A stretch of 64,000 nucleotides of DNA, from contig MCFE01000304.1 of assembly GCA_002104905.1 (NCBI GenBank), forward strand, positions 35,106 through 99,105, written 5' to 3'. Numbering within the stretch: the first letter of the stretch is position 1; every line of letters begins with the position of its first letter. The stretch is from Basidiobolus meristosporus CBS 931.73. Lineage: Eukaryota; Fungi; Basidiobolomycota. The translations under genes were made by a program, and so were the position numbers. The notes beneath the pieces were generated by a model, which made no database searches, was not told the DNA's origin, and saw only the letters and a list, made by a program, of their open reading frames with translations. Shown here piece by piece: positions 24,211 to 36,322 of this stretch.

Positions 24211-27200
24211 TAGCACAATGAGGCTGGCATGATTGATTGTACCAACTTGTAATGCTTGCACCACATGTGCAATTGGATACCACCATTGTGGTAGGTAAAA
24301 TCAGGTATTTGGATAGGTTTCATTAATATAAATGTATATAAATGAGTAATATATTTACCATTTTGGTTACCATCACTCCAATTGGACAGTTTGTCAATAG
24401 TTGATTATTGTAAAGGTATTCTGAAACTGTTAGCCCCCCATTGGCCCATCAAGCAATACATAAGCTACCTGATTTGCCATCCAATATCCCATTTTGCCCA
24501 TTGAGCAAGCAGATCCCTGATCTTATTGACTGGGTAAGGTGTCAATGCAAGCATGCAACCAATTGTGTAGGTACAAATCAGATCAAATAGCTGCAATAGT
24601 GTTACAGATCATGTATATATATGCAGGATGTTTATTACAGGGGCCCTGTCTTGATTGTGAGACAACCTTAATATTACATACACCAAAAATTTAGTGATTC
24701 CTTACATGCAATGGCTCAAATTGAAATGCAAAATAATGCATTGTTTGGATCATGACAAATGGTAACAATTCAATGCAATTGCATCATCTTCTGCTAGGCT
24801 TTTTTCTCACAGGGATCACTACCAGAGCATTTAGTAGTGATTCACTTTTCACACCCAAACTACTTCCTTGTTGACTATCATTGTGGCTACTTGTATACTT
24901 GTAGTCAGTATCTTGCCTCCCAGTCAATGTTTGCAGTGCTGAAGCTTGGCCATGCTGATTGCTCCAGATGATATATCAGAACCAGCCTGAAGTGCCACAT
25001 GCTGACATGTGCTTTACCTTACCAAAGGCTCCAGTGGTGGAGGTGTTACAAGTCTTGGTATAAGAGTTGTAGAGGAATAAGGAGTTTAGCTAGTATTGTA
25101 TTCACCAAAACCTGAACTGATTTTTATTGAGGTTCCCACCGCTCCTTATATACATTTTGCCAGATCAAGTGCTAACTAATTATATCCCCTAACGTAGATT
25201 ATGGCTGATGACTCATTTGATTGCATCATCATCACTCAATAAGATCTTACTTAATACATTTATTCCTGTCTGATAAGGATCTGCATATTTATTTGCTGAT
25301 TAATGCTACCGATTTGAAAGATAACACTGATATACTGATAGGCTAAACATATAACCAGTTGATTTGACTAAAAACTGATCAAACTTAAACATTGAAATGG
25401 TAGATCATAACAGAAGCACTTCATGTGGGTCATTGTCAGTCAGCTCACTGTAAGTGACTTGCGGATGGTCAGGTAAAATGGCATACTCTGGCACAACTAT
25501 ATGTGCTGGCTTAGCCATTAGCTGCATTTGACATGATGTAGCATGTTGATGCAACTTGGTCTGCTCCAATGGACTCTTGGCTAAATAAGCAGCTTTGCAA
25601 GCTCTGGTAGCTTTGCTCTGAAGCATTTGCATTGATCTAATGTGTGTAGACACAACAAGGGGCACTCTTGTGAGGGGTGTTTGTATAGATTGGGCTGATG
25701 TGGGCAAGTACACTGGTGTTGCAGGGGAAGGTAAGGAGTCAAGCAAGGTGTGCTGGTGCAATCTGGGTGCAGTTGCTTGCAGTCAGTATTCTTCCTTGTG
25801 AAGCTCACCTTCTAATTCCCCAAGGTATTGACTCACCCTCTGTCTGATACTTTGGAACTGTTGCCTTGATGAGCCCTGTATATATTGCTCTTGAAAGCCA
25901 CTTAGCTCTACTCATATATCACATAGCTCATTAGTCACATGAGGCAAAAGCTCATTCAATATCTCTTTGGTTCCCAAAGTTGAGGCACAGACAGATGCAT
26001 CCAGCCTGTACTATGCAAGTTGCAAGCAGAACTGTTTGCACATGGCTTCCTCATCAAATCTCTTCTCTCTGAGCTCTTTCTTGATTTCATTATTTATAGT
26101 GTTGTATAGCTTCTTGGATATATCTGCTGACATCTTGATATAGAACTCAGACCACAGCTTTCTACCCAGATTCTTCCATCTCTGTCAACTCTCTGAGTTA
26201 TCCAGTTCTATTAGATTAATGAGTAGTGCCCAAATGTCTGTATGAAGCCTCATCATAGCGTCTTGTTCCATGCTAGAGTCATTTGGCAAGAATTCAAATG
26301 GATCCAACATTGACTTTATTAGCCCAGACTGCACTTGCAAGCTGGGGGATGGGTTTTGTATTGGTTGTACTAAAGATGAGTTGAGACTTGGCATAGGAAT
26401 CAAAGTGACAATTGAATACTAATACAGTAATATCTTGGCATCAACCTGGCCTTATATGAAATTTATATGAAAACTAAAGTGATTGTTGAACTTTCCATAC
26501 ATTATGCATGATGCATCTTGGATTGCATTAACACTGATCAGAACATATCAGTTGCAGATTTCCTATCTGATTATAGACCTGTGGGTATATCATCAATGAA
26601 ATCACCAAGTCATTGTTTAAGGATTATCTTGCAAAATGATGATGGAATTCATGGCAATTGATGCAAACTTAATCATAGTGCATGGAAAATTGGGTAAATT
26701 AAGCTAATTGTGCTGAATCAATTCATATCACCTCTACTTGATTCTATATCAGTTTTGATATAGCTTACTCTTCTGAGTGGCCTTCTCTCCTCTATCCCAT
26801 CACTAGCCCCTGATTTCCTGTTGACACATTAAAGGTGATCTATATCAAGTACTGTGGACCACCTACCCCAATCTACTGAAGGAGATCCCTTACTAAGCTT
26901 TTTTGCTATCACAAAAACTATTGCCCTACAGGTTTCACCTCCCCCATCCAAAGTAACAATAGTCCTAGAGCTTTCATTTCCAGCTGACAGCAATGGAGAA
27001 CCACCTTGCAGTGGGTATGAATGACATAAAGCAAGCTTGCATTACTAGGTTCAGAAGCTCCAATATACTTCAATATCCCAAAGTGCTCAGCAATAGGTTC
27101 CATATCACAAGCATTTTGGATACCTCCAAGTCAGGAATAACAGACCTTCTTGAGGGCAGATGCAGCTTTATTGCAGCATATGCAAGGCACACTTTGTGAA

Positions 27201-27801
27201 GTTTCAAGCAATCTCAGATATTAAGGGTAACTTCATCTGGTTTACTGGGCCATTTGCTGAAAGTAAGCATCACAAAGCACTCCAGTTAGAGAATCATCCA
27301 GAATTCAGTGGAGGGGAGAATTGCATGACATTAGCTTATATAGGAGAGGATTGTTAAAGATTAAGCTGCATTACAGCCATAGGAAGCCAAGGAGTAGTGT
27401 GACTAGCAGGAAGCAGAAGCTCTACAATCAGTTATTCAATCATTTCAGAGTGCAAATAGAGCATCCATATGGATATCTAAAGAGATTCAGCACATTGGCC
27501 GGCAAATGCAGAGGAAAGTGATATATAGGAAGAAACTACAGAACAGGTAAAATAGCTAAGATACTTATTACCACACTACTGATCCATACAAGAAGACAAC
27601 CCCTGAGAGAAATGCATTGGTAAGATTATGAAGAATTAATAAGGCAAGAAAAGCACTGTTCTGAGCAACATTATTAAGATTGAGTAAAAATACCAGTAAT
27701 TGTATCCTACCACTAGCATTATGGTAGAAACTAGAGTGTCAGTTCAATCCGGCACTATAAGCAGGCTGGCACTATGTGGCACCTTTCAACAACACAAGTC
27801 T
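24210..27801. mobile_element. Harbinger-type copy 2, inverted relative to copy 1 and degraded; one end deleted
   Basis: ORF2 relics on the minus strand (25405-26403) and transposase relics on the plus strand (~26750-27520). Terminal ACAAGTCT followed by ATT at 27802-27804. Confidence 0.87.
25044..25412 (-). repeat. Gypsy solo LTR in Harbinger copy 2 ORF2
   Basis: TGTTACAAG...GATCATAACA; TSD GAGG/GAAG. Confidence 0.92.
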
Positions 27802-29607
27802 ATTACTTATATAGAATTTTAGTGATCATTGGCTTGCAATGGCTTGAATCACAAAACAAAAAAATGCATTGCTTGAATCATGACAAGTGATGATAATCCA
27901 TCACAATTGCATCAACTTCTCCTAGGTTATTTTCTCACAGAGATTACTACTTAAGCATTTGATAGTGATTCACTTTGCACATCTGAACTACTTTCTTGTT
28001 GACTATCATCTTGGCTGCTTGTGTACTTGAGGTCAGTATTTTGCCACCTAGTTGATGAGCGCAGTGCCAGAGCTTGGCTGAGCTGCAATGCTCTAGATAT
28101 TGCTACAGAACCAGCCTGAGGTGCCATGTGCTGATGTGTACTTTTACTTGCCAAATTATAGACACTTGGGCCATACTGAAATCATTTGGCAAGAACTCAA
28201 ACAGCTCCAACATTGCCTTTTTGGGTTCCAGACTGCACTAGTGAGCTGGGGGATGGACTCTGTCAGGGTTATACTAAAGATGAGTTGAGACTTGGTATAG
28301 GGACCATAGCTACAGATTTGGATACCTGAACTGTAGTATACTGGCTTCAACCAGGTCTTATATGATATTTTCATTAGTACCACTGTGCCTGTTAAATTTT
28401 CCATATATCATGCTTAATGCCTCTTGGATGGCATCAACAGAGGTCAGACCATATCAGTTGCAGATCTCCTATTTGATTATAGACTTGTGAGTAAATCATC
28501 AATGGAATCAGCAAGTCATTGTTTGCAGATGATTTTTGCAACATAATGATGGGATACATGGCAATTGATGGGAATTTAATTATAACGCATGGAAAATCAG
28601 ATAAACTAAACTGATTGTACCTAATCAATTCAAATCACATCTACCCAAGTACCTACCAGTTCTAATATTACTTACTTATCAGAATGGTGTTTTCTCATCA
28701 ATCCCATCACTACCACTGGAATCCCTTCTGATTTATTAGCGGAGATCTATGCCAAGTACTATGGACCATCTACCGCAATCTACACAAGAAGATCACTTGT
28801 TAAGCTTCTCTGCTATTGCAAAAACTATTGCCCTACAGGTTTCATCCTACCATCCAGGGCAACAAAAGTCCTAGAAGCTTTCATTCCCAGCTACAGCAAT
28901 GGAGGACTACATTGCAGAGGGTATGGGTGATTCAGAGTAAGCTTGATAAACTAGTTTCAGAAGCCCCAATGCACTTCTTTTATGATCTATTGCTTGAATG
29001 TTTAAGTTACATCAGTTTTTAGTCAAATCAATTAGTTATATGCTTAGTCTATTAGTATATCAGTATTATCTATCAAATCAGTAGAATTAGTCAGCAGATA
29101 AATAAGCAGATCCTTGTCAGACAGGAATAGAGTAGTAAGTAGGATCTTATTGGGTGATGATGACGCAAGCAAATGAGTCATCAACCACAGCTTACATTAC
29201 AAACTACAATTAGTCAGCAATTGATCTGGTGTTACAAGTCTTGGTATAAGAGTTGTAGAGGAATAGGGAGTTTAGCTAGTATTGTATTCACTAAAACTTG
29301 AACTGATTTTTATTGAGGTTCCAGCAGCTCCTTATATACATTTTGCCAGATCAATTGCTGACTAATTGTATTTCCTAATGTAGGTTGTGGCTGATGACTC
29401 ATTTGATTGCATCATCATCACCCAATAAGATCCTACTTAATATATCTATTTCTGTCTGATAAGGATCTGCTGATTCATTTGCTGACTAATGCTACTGATT
29501 TCATAGATAATACTGATATACTGATAACCTAAACATATACTAATTGACTTGACTAAAAACTGATCTAACTTAAACATTCAAGCGGCGGATCATAACATTC
29601 TCCCCTA

Positions 29608-32600
29608 CTAAAGTTGAGAGGGTTCTCCTGAATCTCTTTTCTTGTGATACCAATATATTGATGGTTCAGTATTATCAGCAAGTCTTGCAAGCTTGAGTCT
29701 GTCCCTATGCACTAAGTCTTCCCGGATATTACCTTGCTTGTCCACCAGTTGGTAAGTTGCAAATGGACATTCTCTGATGATCTTGAATGGTCCTGTCCAT
29801 TGTGGCTCAAACTTCTTCCGAGTGTTGTTTCTTAGCAATACAAAGTTCCCAACTGTCAATGCTTCTGGTGCTATAGTCTTATCAAATCTCTGCTTCATCT
29901 TTTCTGCACTTTGAGATACTTTGGTCTGTGCCTCTTGACGTCTTTGTTCCAGTTGCTGGTGTCTACTTGGCTGACTAAGTTCATCTTCTAAGGCATCTGT
30001 AAGCTTGGGTTGTGTGAGATCTCCTGGAATCCTAGGTTCACATCCATAAACTAAGTAAAATGGTGATTGCTGGGTGGTGTTGTGTACTCTGACTCTGCAT
30101 GCAAAGAGTGCTTGGTCTATATACTCATCCCATCTACTGACAACTCCATTTGCATACTTAGTCAGCATTTCTCCAAATAATCCATTAAACCGCTCAGTGA
30201 CTCCATTAGTTCTGGGGTGATATGCCGAGGTTTTCAAGTGTCTGATCTGCTGCATTTCCAGGTAAGCCTCTAATGTCTTTGCCATAAAGTTTGCACCTCT
30301 ATCGGATAAGATCTCCACAGGGCATCCAAACTTCATCAGGATCTCATGGTAAATGAAACTTGCAACTTCTTGTTCACTGGCTATTGGTACGGCTTTAGCA
30401 ACTGGCCATTTAGTGGCATGGTCAATAGCTACTAGGATCCAACGGTTACATTTCCTGGTAGTTGGCAGTCTTCCAATAAAGTCAATTCCCCATCTCTCAA
30501 ATGGTCTGACAGGCTCCAAAGGGAAGAGTTCGGCAATTCTTTGTGGCTGGCCCTGATTGATTTGGCAGTTTGGGCATGTTTTCACTAGCTTCTCAATATC
30601 TTGTTTCATTCTGGGCCACCATGCTCTGGCTTTCACAAGGCTATAGGTTCCTTCAATCCCAAGATGTCCATATCCATTGTGTAGCTTATGTATTAAATCC
30701 AGGCGAGCAACATAAGGACAATAGGCAATAGGGCTTCCATCAACAATTCGGTAGAGTGTTTCATCCTGTACAACAAATTTGCTGGCTTCATCCCGGATTA
30801 TCTTCTTGATATCTTCATCCACCTCATTAGGAATGGCTTGGTCCTCCAAGTACTTTGGTAATAGGTTAGGCCAATCTGATTCATGCACCAAGTTGAGTTG
30901 TGCAACTTGATCTAATCTTGATAAGGCATCAGCAACCGTGTTGTTTTTTCCAGGGCAGTAGACAATCTCCAGGTCAAATTGCTGAATGTATTCACTCCAT
31001 CTTGTCATTCTTCTAGAGAGTACCTTCTGAGTAAATATATACTTGAGGGAGGCATGATCAGTCTTCACAGTGCATTTGACTCCTTCAATATAGCATCTCC
31101 ATGTCTTCAAACAGTGTATTATAGCAAGCATCTCCTTCTCATGGACTGGATAGTTTTGTTCTGCTGAGTTCAGTTTCTTGGATTCAAAGGCAACAGGGTA
31201 GTCCTTTCCCTCGTGTTCTTGGCTCAGCACTCCACCAATTGCGTAATCTGAAGCATCTGTGCATAGAGTGAACTCTTTTCTGAAGTCTGGTATTCTTAAG
31301 CTTGGCAACTTAGCAAGTTCATTCTTTAGCGTCTGGAAGGCAGTCTCACAAGCTATGTCCCACTTGTAGGTATTGTCTTTCTTGAGGATATCAGTTAAAG
31401 GGGCTGCAATACTTGCAAATGACTTGACAAATCTCCGATAATAGGAAACCATTCCAAGGAAGGATCTGAGTTCTGATATGCTATGGGGCTGCTTCAAATT
31501 CTTGATTACTTCCACCTTCTTGGGGTCTAAGGTTACTCCTGTGCTAGTCACTATGTGTCCCAGATATTCTATGTGTTCCTTGAAGAATTCACACTTGGCT
31601 AGCTTGCCATATAGCTTGTTCTCTCTTAGTTTCTTCAACACCTTTTCAATGTGTACCATGTGATCCTTTTCTGTCTTGCTGTATATCAATATGTCATCCA
31701 GGTAGATTATCACAAACTTGTCTAAGTACTCCTGAAAGACAGTCTGCATCAGCGTCATGAATGTTGCAGGGGCATTAGTGAGGCCAAAACTCATGACTAA
31801 ATACTCGTAATGTCCATATCTGGTCCTGAATGCTGTCTTAGGGATATCTTCTGGTTTCACCCTAATCTGGTTGTATCCTGACATGAGGTCAATCTTGCTG
31901 AAAATAGTGGCTCCATTAAGTTGGTCTAAAAGCTCATCAATCCGAGGTATGGGGTACTTATTCTTGACGGTAACTGAGTTCAGGGCTCTGTAGTCAATGC
32001 ACATCCTAAGTGTTCCATCCTTCTTTTTCACAAAAAGCACTGGTGCTCCCCAGGGTGACTTGCTGGGCCTAATGTATCCTTGCTCCAATAGCTGATCAAT
32101 TTGTCTCTTCATTTCCTCCAATTCTAATGGACTCATTCTGTAAGGTGTCTTGCTCACTGGAGGGCTATCTCCTGTGTCAATGGCATGATCCACGTCTCTG
32201 ACTGGTGGTAGGCTTACAAGCTCATCTGGAAACACGTCTGAATATTTCTTCAAGAGAGTCTGGACCTGCTGGGGTGCTGGGGTAGAGGAATCCTCCTGTA
32301 ATACCGCCATGAGGAACATCTCGGTACCTTTTCTAAGTGCTCTACAGAACTGGGTCTTGCTAAGTTCACTTGTCTCACACACACTGGAATTGACCAAGTT
32401 GAAATCCAGCATGGCAGGTAATAGCTCATAGGTCTTGTTGTCTTTTTGAATCTGAGTAGCATGGGTTCTCCAGTTGATTGATGGATTACGACAAAATAGC
32501 CAGGTTTTTCCAAGTACAAGGTCAAACTTGCAGTTCCCAAATATATAAGCCTGTAGGTCTTCTTCATAGTCATTGATCTTCATTCTTACTGGCTGGGTAA

Positions 32601-33741
32601 TACGGTTGATTATGTGGGAGTTCCCATCAGCTGTGGAAACTGAAGTTGATTTGGTAGGTTCCGAGTTGATTCCAGCTTTCAAAGCAAATTGCTCTGACAT
32701 GTATTCATGCGATGCTCCTGAGTCAATCATGATCTTGGCAGGTACTCCATTGATTACTCCATTCAAGTACAATAACTTCCCTGAGTTTGAAGTCATTTGG
32801 GACAAGTACTCTTCTGTCATATGGAAGGTGAGTTCCGAGTCTTCTTCAAGCTCATCTTCCACATTACTGTGTTCATGGGACTCAATATGGTAGAAGGTTC
32901 TTGTTGGCTGGTGTCCATTTCTTCTCTGAGGGCAGTACTTTGCAATATGTCCCTGCTGGTGGCAATTGAAGCAAAGTCCTCTCTTCTTGCATTCTTCTGA
33001 GGAGGGATTCTTCTGCATAGCGTCTATTTCCATTGGTACTGCTTCTGATTGTCTTCTTTCATAATGATTATAGCCTTTCTGATTAGTCACTGTAGGCTTC
33101 CCAACTCCAAACATAGCTGAGTCATAGTCAATGGCAATCTTGATGGCTTCTTCAATAGTCTGAGGTCTTCGGTAATTGACTTCCTTGCGAGTTCTTTCTT
33201 TCAACCCATCAATAAAGTATTCAACTTGATCCAAGGGGTCCATTCTTTCAATTTGTCCAAGTAGACATCTGTACTCATAGATGTATTCTTGCACCATTCC
33301 TTTCTGTCTGAGTGTCTTTAACTTCCTTCTTAGTAGTGTCTGCTGGTGTGGAGGTTCAAAAGCATCCTGAATTTCCAACACAAACTCATCCCAGGTAGAG
33401 ATTGTTGAGCATCCCATCATAGTAGCTGACCTGATCTTGTTGTGGTACCACTGTAAAGCTGCATCTGCCAGGTAAGAAGCTGCATAATGCAACTTGCTCT
33501 CTGGAGCAATTCCTTTAGCTTTAAAAGCTTCTTCAATCTGAAAGAGCCAAGTTCCCAGGTTTTCATTGACTCTGCCATGGTACCGGTTGACCTTCACACT
33601 AAAGTTGCTCTTGACAGGGCTTTGTTGGCTTTGAGCCATGGTAGTCATTCCTTGTTGCTGTTGGCTGAGGATCTGGAGTAGCTGTTGCTGTTGGGCCAGG
33701 ATTTGCTGCATGGCATTCTTCCATTCTTGATTGTCCGACAT
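29608..33741 (-). CDS. gag-pol: Gag-Pol polyprotein, 1377 aa (Gag-ZnK-PR-RT-RH-IN)
   Basis: [14 protein letters not shown] knuckle, IDSGAS protease, [10 protein letters not shown] / [10 protein letters not shown] / YLDD RT, TDAS RNase H, HxxxGH...CxxC plus GIDFIG / SDRG / ERFN integrase, WTGPF (GPY/F) motif. Confidence 0.98.
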   Translation of the reverse strand: MSDNQEWKNAMQQILAQQQQLLQILSQQQQGMTTMAQSQQSPVKSNFSVKVNRYHGRVNENLGTWLFQIEEAFKAKGIAPESKLHYAASYLADAALQWYHNKIRSATMMGCSTISTWDEFVLEIQDAFEPPHQQTLLRRKLKTLRQKGMVQEYIYEYRCLLGQIERMDPLDQVEYFIDGLKERTRKEVNYRRPQTIEEAIKIAIDYDSAMFGVGKPTVTNQKGYNHYERRQSEAVPMEIDAMQKNPSSEECKKRGLCFNCHQQGHIAKYCPQRRNGHQPTRTFYHIESHEHSNVEDELEEDSELTFHMTEEYLSQMTSNSGKLLYLNGVINGVPAKIMIDSGASHEYMSEQFALKAGINSEPTKSTSVSTADGNSHIINRITQPVRMKINDYEEDLQAYIFGNCKFDLVLGKTWLFCRNPSINWRTHATQIQKDNKTYELLPAMLDFNLVNSSVCETSELSKTQFCRALRKGTEMFLMAVLQEDSSTPAPQQVQTLLKKYSDVFPDELVSLPPVRDVDHAIDTGDSPPVSKTPYRMSPLELEEMKRQIDQLLEQGYIRPSKSPWGAPVLFVKKKDGTLRMCIDYRALNSVTVKNKYPIPRIDELLDQLNGATIFSKIDLMSGYNQIRVKPEDIPKTAFRTRYGHYEYLVMSFGLTNAPATFMTLMQTVFQEYLDKFVIIYLDDILIYSKTEKDHMVHIEKVLKKLRENKLYGKLAKCEFFKEHIEYLGHIVTSTGVTLDPKKVEVIKNLKQPHSISELRSFLGMVSYYRRFVKSFASIAAPLTDILKKDNTYKWDIACETAFQTLKNELAKLPSLRIPDFRKEFTLCTDASDYAIGGVLSQEHEGKDYPVAFESKKLNSAEQNYPVHEKEMLAIIHCLKTWRCYIEGVKCTVKTDHASLKYIFTQKVLSRRMTRWSEYIQQFDLEIVYCPGKNNTVADALSRLDQVAQLNLVHESDWPNLLPKYLEDQAIPNEVDEDIKKIIRDEASKFVVQDETLYRIVDGSPIAYCPYVARLDLIHKLHNGYGHLGIEGTYSLVKARAWWPRMKQDIEKLVKTCPNCQINQGQPQRIAELFPLEPVRPFERWGIDFIGRLPTTRKCNRWILVAIDHATKWPVAKAVPIASEQEVASFIYHEILMKFGCPVEILSDRGANFMAKTLEAYLEMQQIRHLKTSAYHPRTNGVTERFNGLFGEMLTKYANGVVSRWDEYIDQALFACRVRVHNTTQQSPFYLVYGCEPRIPGDLTQPKLTDALEDELSQPSRHQQLEQRRQEAQTKVSQSAEKMKQRFDKTIAPEALTVGNFVLLRNNTRKKFEPQWTGPFKIIRECPFATYQLVDKQGNIREDLVHRDRLKLARLADNTEPSIYWYHKKRDSGEPSQL

Positions 33742-33788
33742 CTTGAGGGTGGTTTCTTCTTTTCTTCAGGAGGGAGGTTTCTGGTTAT

Positions 33789-33799
33789 CGCTGCTACCA
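33789..33799 (-). promoter_or_regulatory. Gypsy primer-binding site TGGTAGCAGCG (3' acceptor end of a tRNA, most likely initiator Met)
   Basis: Lies 1 nt after the 5' LTR and is conserved at 34290, 49727 and 54298. The implied tRNA end CGCUGCU-A-CCA has the A1:U72 pair and A73 of eukaryotic initiator tRNA. Confidence 0.8.
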
Positions 33800-35225
33800 A
33801 TGTTACAAGTCTTGGTATAAGAGTTGTAGAGGAATAGGGAGTTTAGCTAGTATTGTATTCACTAAAACTTGAACTGATTTTTATTGAGGTTCCAGCAGCT
33901 CCTTATATACATTTTGCCAGATCAATTGCTGACTAATTGTATTTCCTAATGTAGGTTGTGGCTGATGACTCATTTGATTGCATCATCATCACCCAATAAG
34001 ATCCTACTTAATATATCTATTTCTGTCTGATAAGGATCTGCTGATTCATTTGCTGACTAATGCTACTGATTTCATAGATAATACTGATATACTGATAACC
34101 TAAACATATACTAATTGATTTGACTAAAAACTGATCTAACTTAAACATTCAAGCGGCGGATCATAACACTGGCAAAATGTACATAAGGAGCTGCTGGAAC
34201 CTCAATAAAAATCAGTTCAAGTTTTAGTGAGTACAGTACTAGCTAAGCTCCCTATTCCTCTGCAACTCTTATACCAAGACATGTAACATTGGTAGCAGCA
34301 ATTACCAGAAGCCTCCCTCCTAGAGAAAGAAGAAGACTCCCTTAAGATGTCCAAAAATCAAGAATGCAAGAATGCTATGCAGCAAATCCTGGCCCAACTG
34401 CAACAGTTACTCTTTATCCTTAGCTAGCAGCAACAAGGAATGACTACCATGGCCCAAAGCCTGCAAAACCCTGTTAAGAGTAACTTTAGTGTGAAGGTCA
34501 ACTGGTACCATGCCAGAGTCAATGAAAACCTGGGAACTTGGCTCTTCCAGATTGAAGAAGCATTCAAGGCTAAGGGAATTGCTCCAGAAAGCAAGTTACA
34601 TTATGCAGCCTCTTATCAGACCAATGTAGCTCTACAGTGGTACCACAACAAGATCAGGTCAGCTGTCATGATGGAATGCTCTACAATCTCTACCTGGGAT
34701 GAGTTTGGGTTGAATATTTGGGATACGTTTGTGCCCCCATACCAGCAGACACCACTAAGAAGAAAGTTGAAGACACTCAGAGAGAAAAGTATGGTTCAAG
34801 AGTATATCTATGAATATAGATGTCTACGTGGACAAATTCAAAGAATGAACCCTCTGGATCAAGTGGAATACTTTATTGATGGGTTGAAAGAAAGAACTTG
34901 CAAGGAAGTGAGTTATCAAAGACCCTAGACTATTGAAGAAGCCATCAAGATTGCCATCTACTATGACTCAGCTATGTTTGAAGTTGGGAGACCCACAATG
35001 ACCAATCAGAGAGGCTACAATCATTATGAAAGGAGACAATCAGATGCAGTGCCAGTGGAAATAGATGCTATGCAGAAAAATCCTACCTCAGAAGAATGTA
35101 ACAAGAAAGGACTTTGCTTCAATTGCCACCAGCAGGGACATATTGCATAGTACTGCCCTCAGAGAAGAAATGGACACCAGCCATCAAGAACCTTCAGCCA
35201 TATTGAAGCTCTGGAGCAAAGTATC

Positions 35226-36322
35226 TGTTGTGTTGTATTATGATTAGTTTGGGGCTTGTTCTACAATGTAGAGGCTAATCAACAATATACAACTACTTCC
35301 AGTATGCTAATACTGAAATGGTTTATTGGGAGTTTGATATACCGATAGAAGATATAACTTTCACTAATTTCCTCAATCTTGGGCTCAAAATATACTGTAG
35401 GCAGTGTTTATCACTTCTACAGCAGTGTTCTGACCTTCTGTTGACTAATGGGCTTATTTACTTTTATAGTAACTTTTCCTTATTTGGAAGTCACTTTCCT
35501 TTCTGAGAAAATATTTCCTAATATGGAAATTCTGAACTCCCCTTTAACCTAAAGGGGTGTGTTGTAGAAGTCTCTAAAGGGGTCTTTAGACCTAAAGGGG
35601 TGCCTAAAGGGGTGTCTTTAGAGTAAAGGGGCTTCTTAGAGGGGACTTTTCCAACAGAAAAGTGGTAGTTTCTTGTAGAACTTAGATTGGATTCTTGTGG
35701 GCTTTGCAGTCTCTTTACTGATGTAATACTGATCAAAGTCAGAATACTCAACAGTGCAAGTGATGCAGGGGAAGTCTTATAACCTTTAAACTTGTAATCG
35801 TAGTGTGGAGATTCTGGAAAGAGAGGCTCTCCCTTTATTTTTCAGCTGGGGAAGTCATACATATGAAAATTTTGAAGGATCAAAGTTTTTGGGCGATTAC
35901 GCAAGAAATACACGTGATACAAAGCTAAAATTTTGCAGTGGCGCAGATCGGACATAGACGCAGCACCTGTGAAAATTTCACGTGATTTGATTGGCTGGTT
36001 CGAAAGTCACACGCGATCAAAGTCACCATAGTAATCCTAGCAATAAGGCATAGTATATATAATAGTTAGACTCTTTTGGTCATAACTCCTTAAGTACTGC
36101 TTCAAATGAGCTGTAATTTGAAACATGTGTTGGCTACTACGTGTTCTGTATGGCATAATATTCTTGGGTGGATTGCTTGTCAGGGTCTGGAGCATTTGTT
36201 CTTCAAAGTTGGAAATTCTTGATCTTTCACTTGTGTGTTATGATAGCAAAAAGCAAAATAAAGAAATGAGTGCAATATTGGTTTAGAGATATTGTAGTAA
36301 TGGAATACTTTCCATTACCACA
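35226..36322. mobile_element. Solo LTR of unidentified family Y (1097 bp)
   Basis: TGTTGT...ACCACA termini and 4-bp TSD TATC. Excision restores gypsy ALEQSIMDDELEED. A second copy lies at 55814-56969. Confidence 0.88.

Larger units (their letters stand above)
29230..34168 (-). mobile_element. Intact young Ty3/gypsy LTR retrotransposon (4939 bp)
   Basis: Two 368-bp LTRs (29230-29597 and 33801-34168) differ at one base by eye. TSD CTGG, PBS, PPT and an uninterrupted ORF are present. Confidence 0.98.

Noticed and set aside
29608-29900. Chromodomain at the integrase C-terminus
   Set aside because: Only ~50 aa follow the GPF motif and no chromodomain aromatic-cage pattern is visible.
35540-35660. 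Interstitial telomeric repeats
   Set aside because: The units are irregular, do not match TTAGGG-type repeats and are internal to an LTR in both copies.
35880-36020. Neurospora-type RIP (CpA to TpA) as the main mutational process
   Set aside because: The visible paired differences are mostly at CpG, and CA/TG dinucleotides are abundant rather than depleted. A formal context count is still needed.
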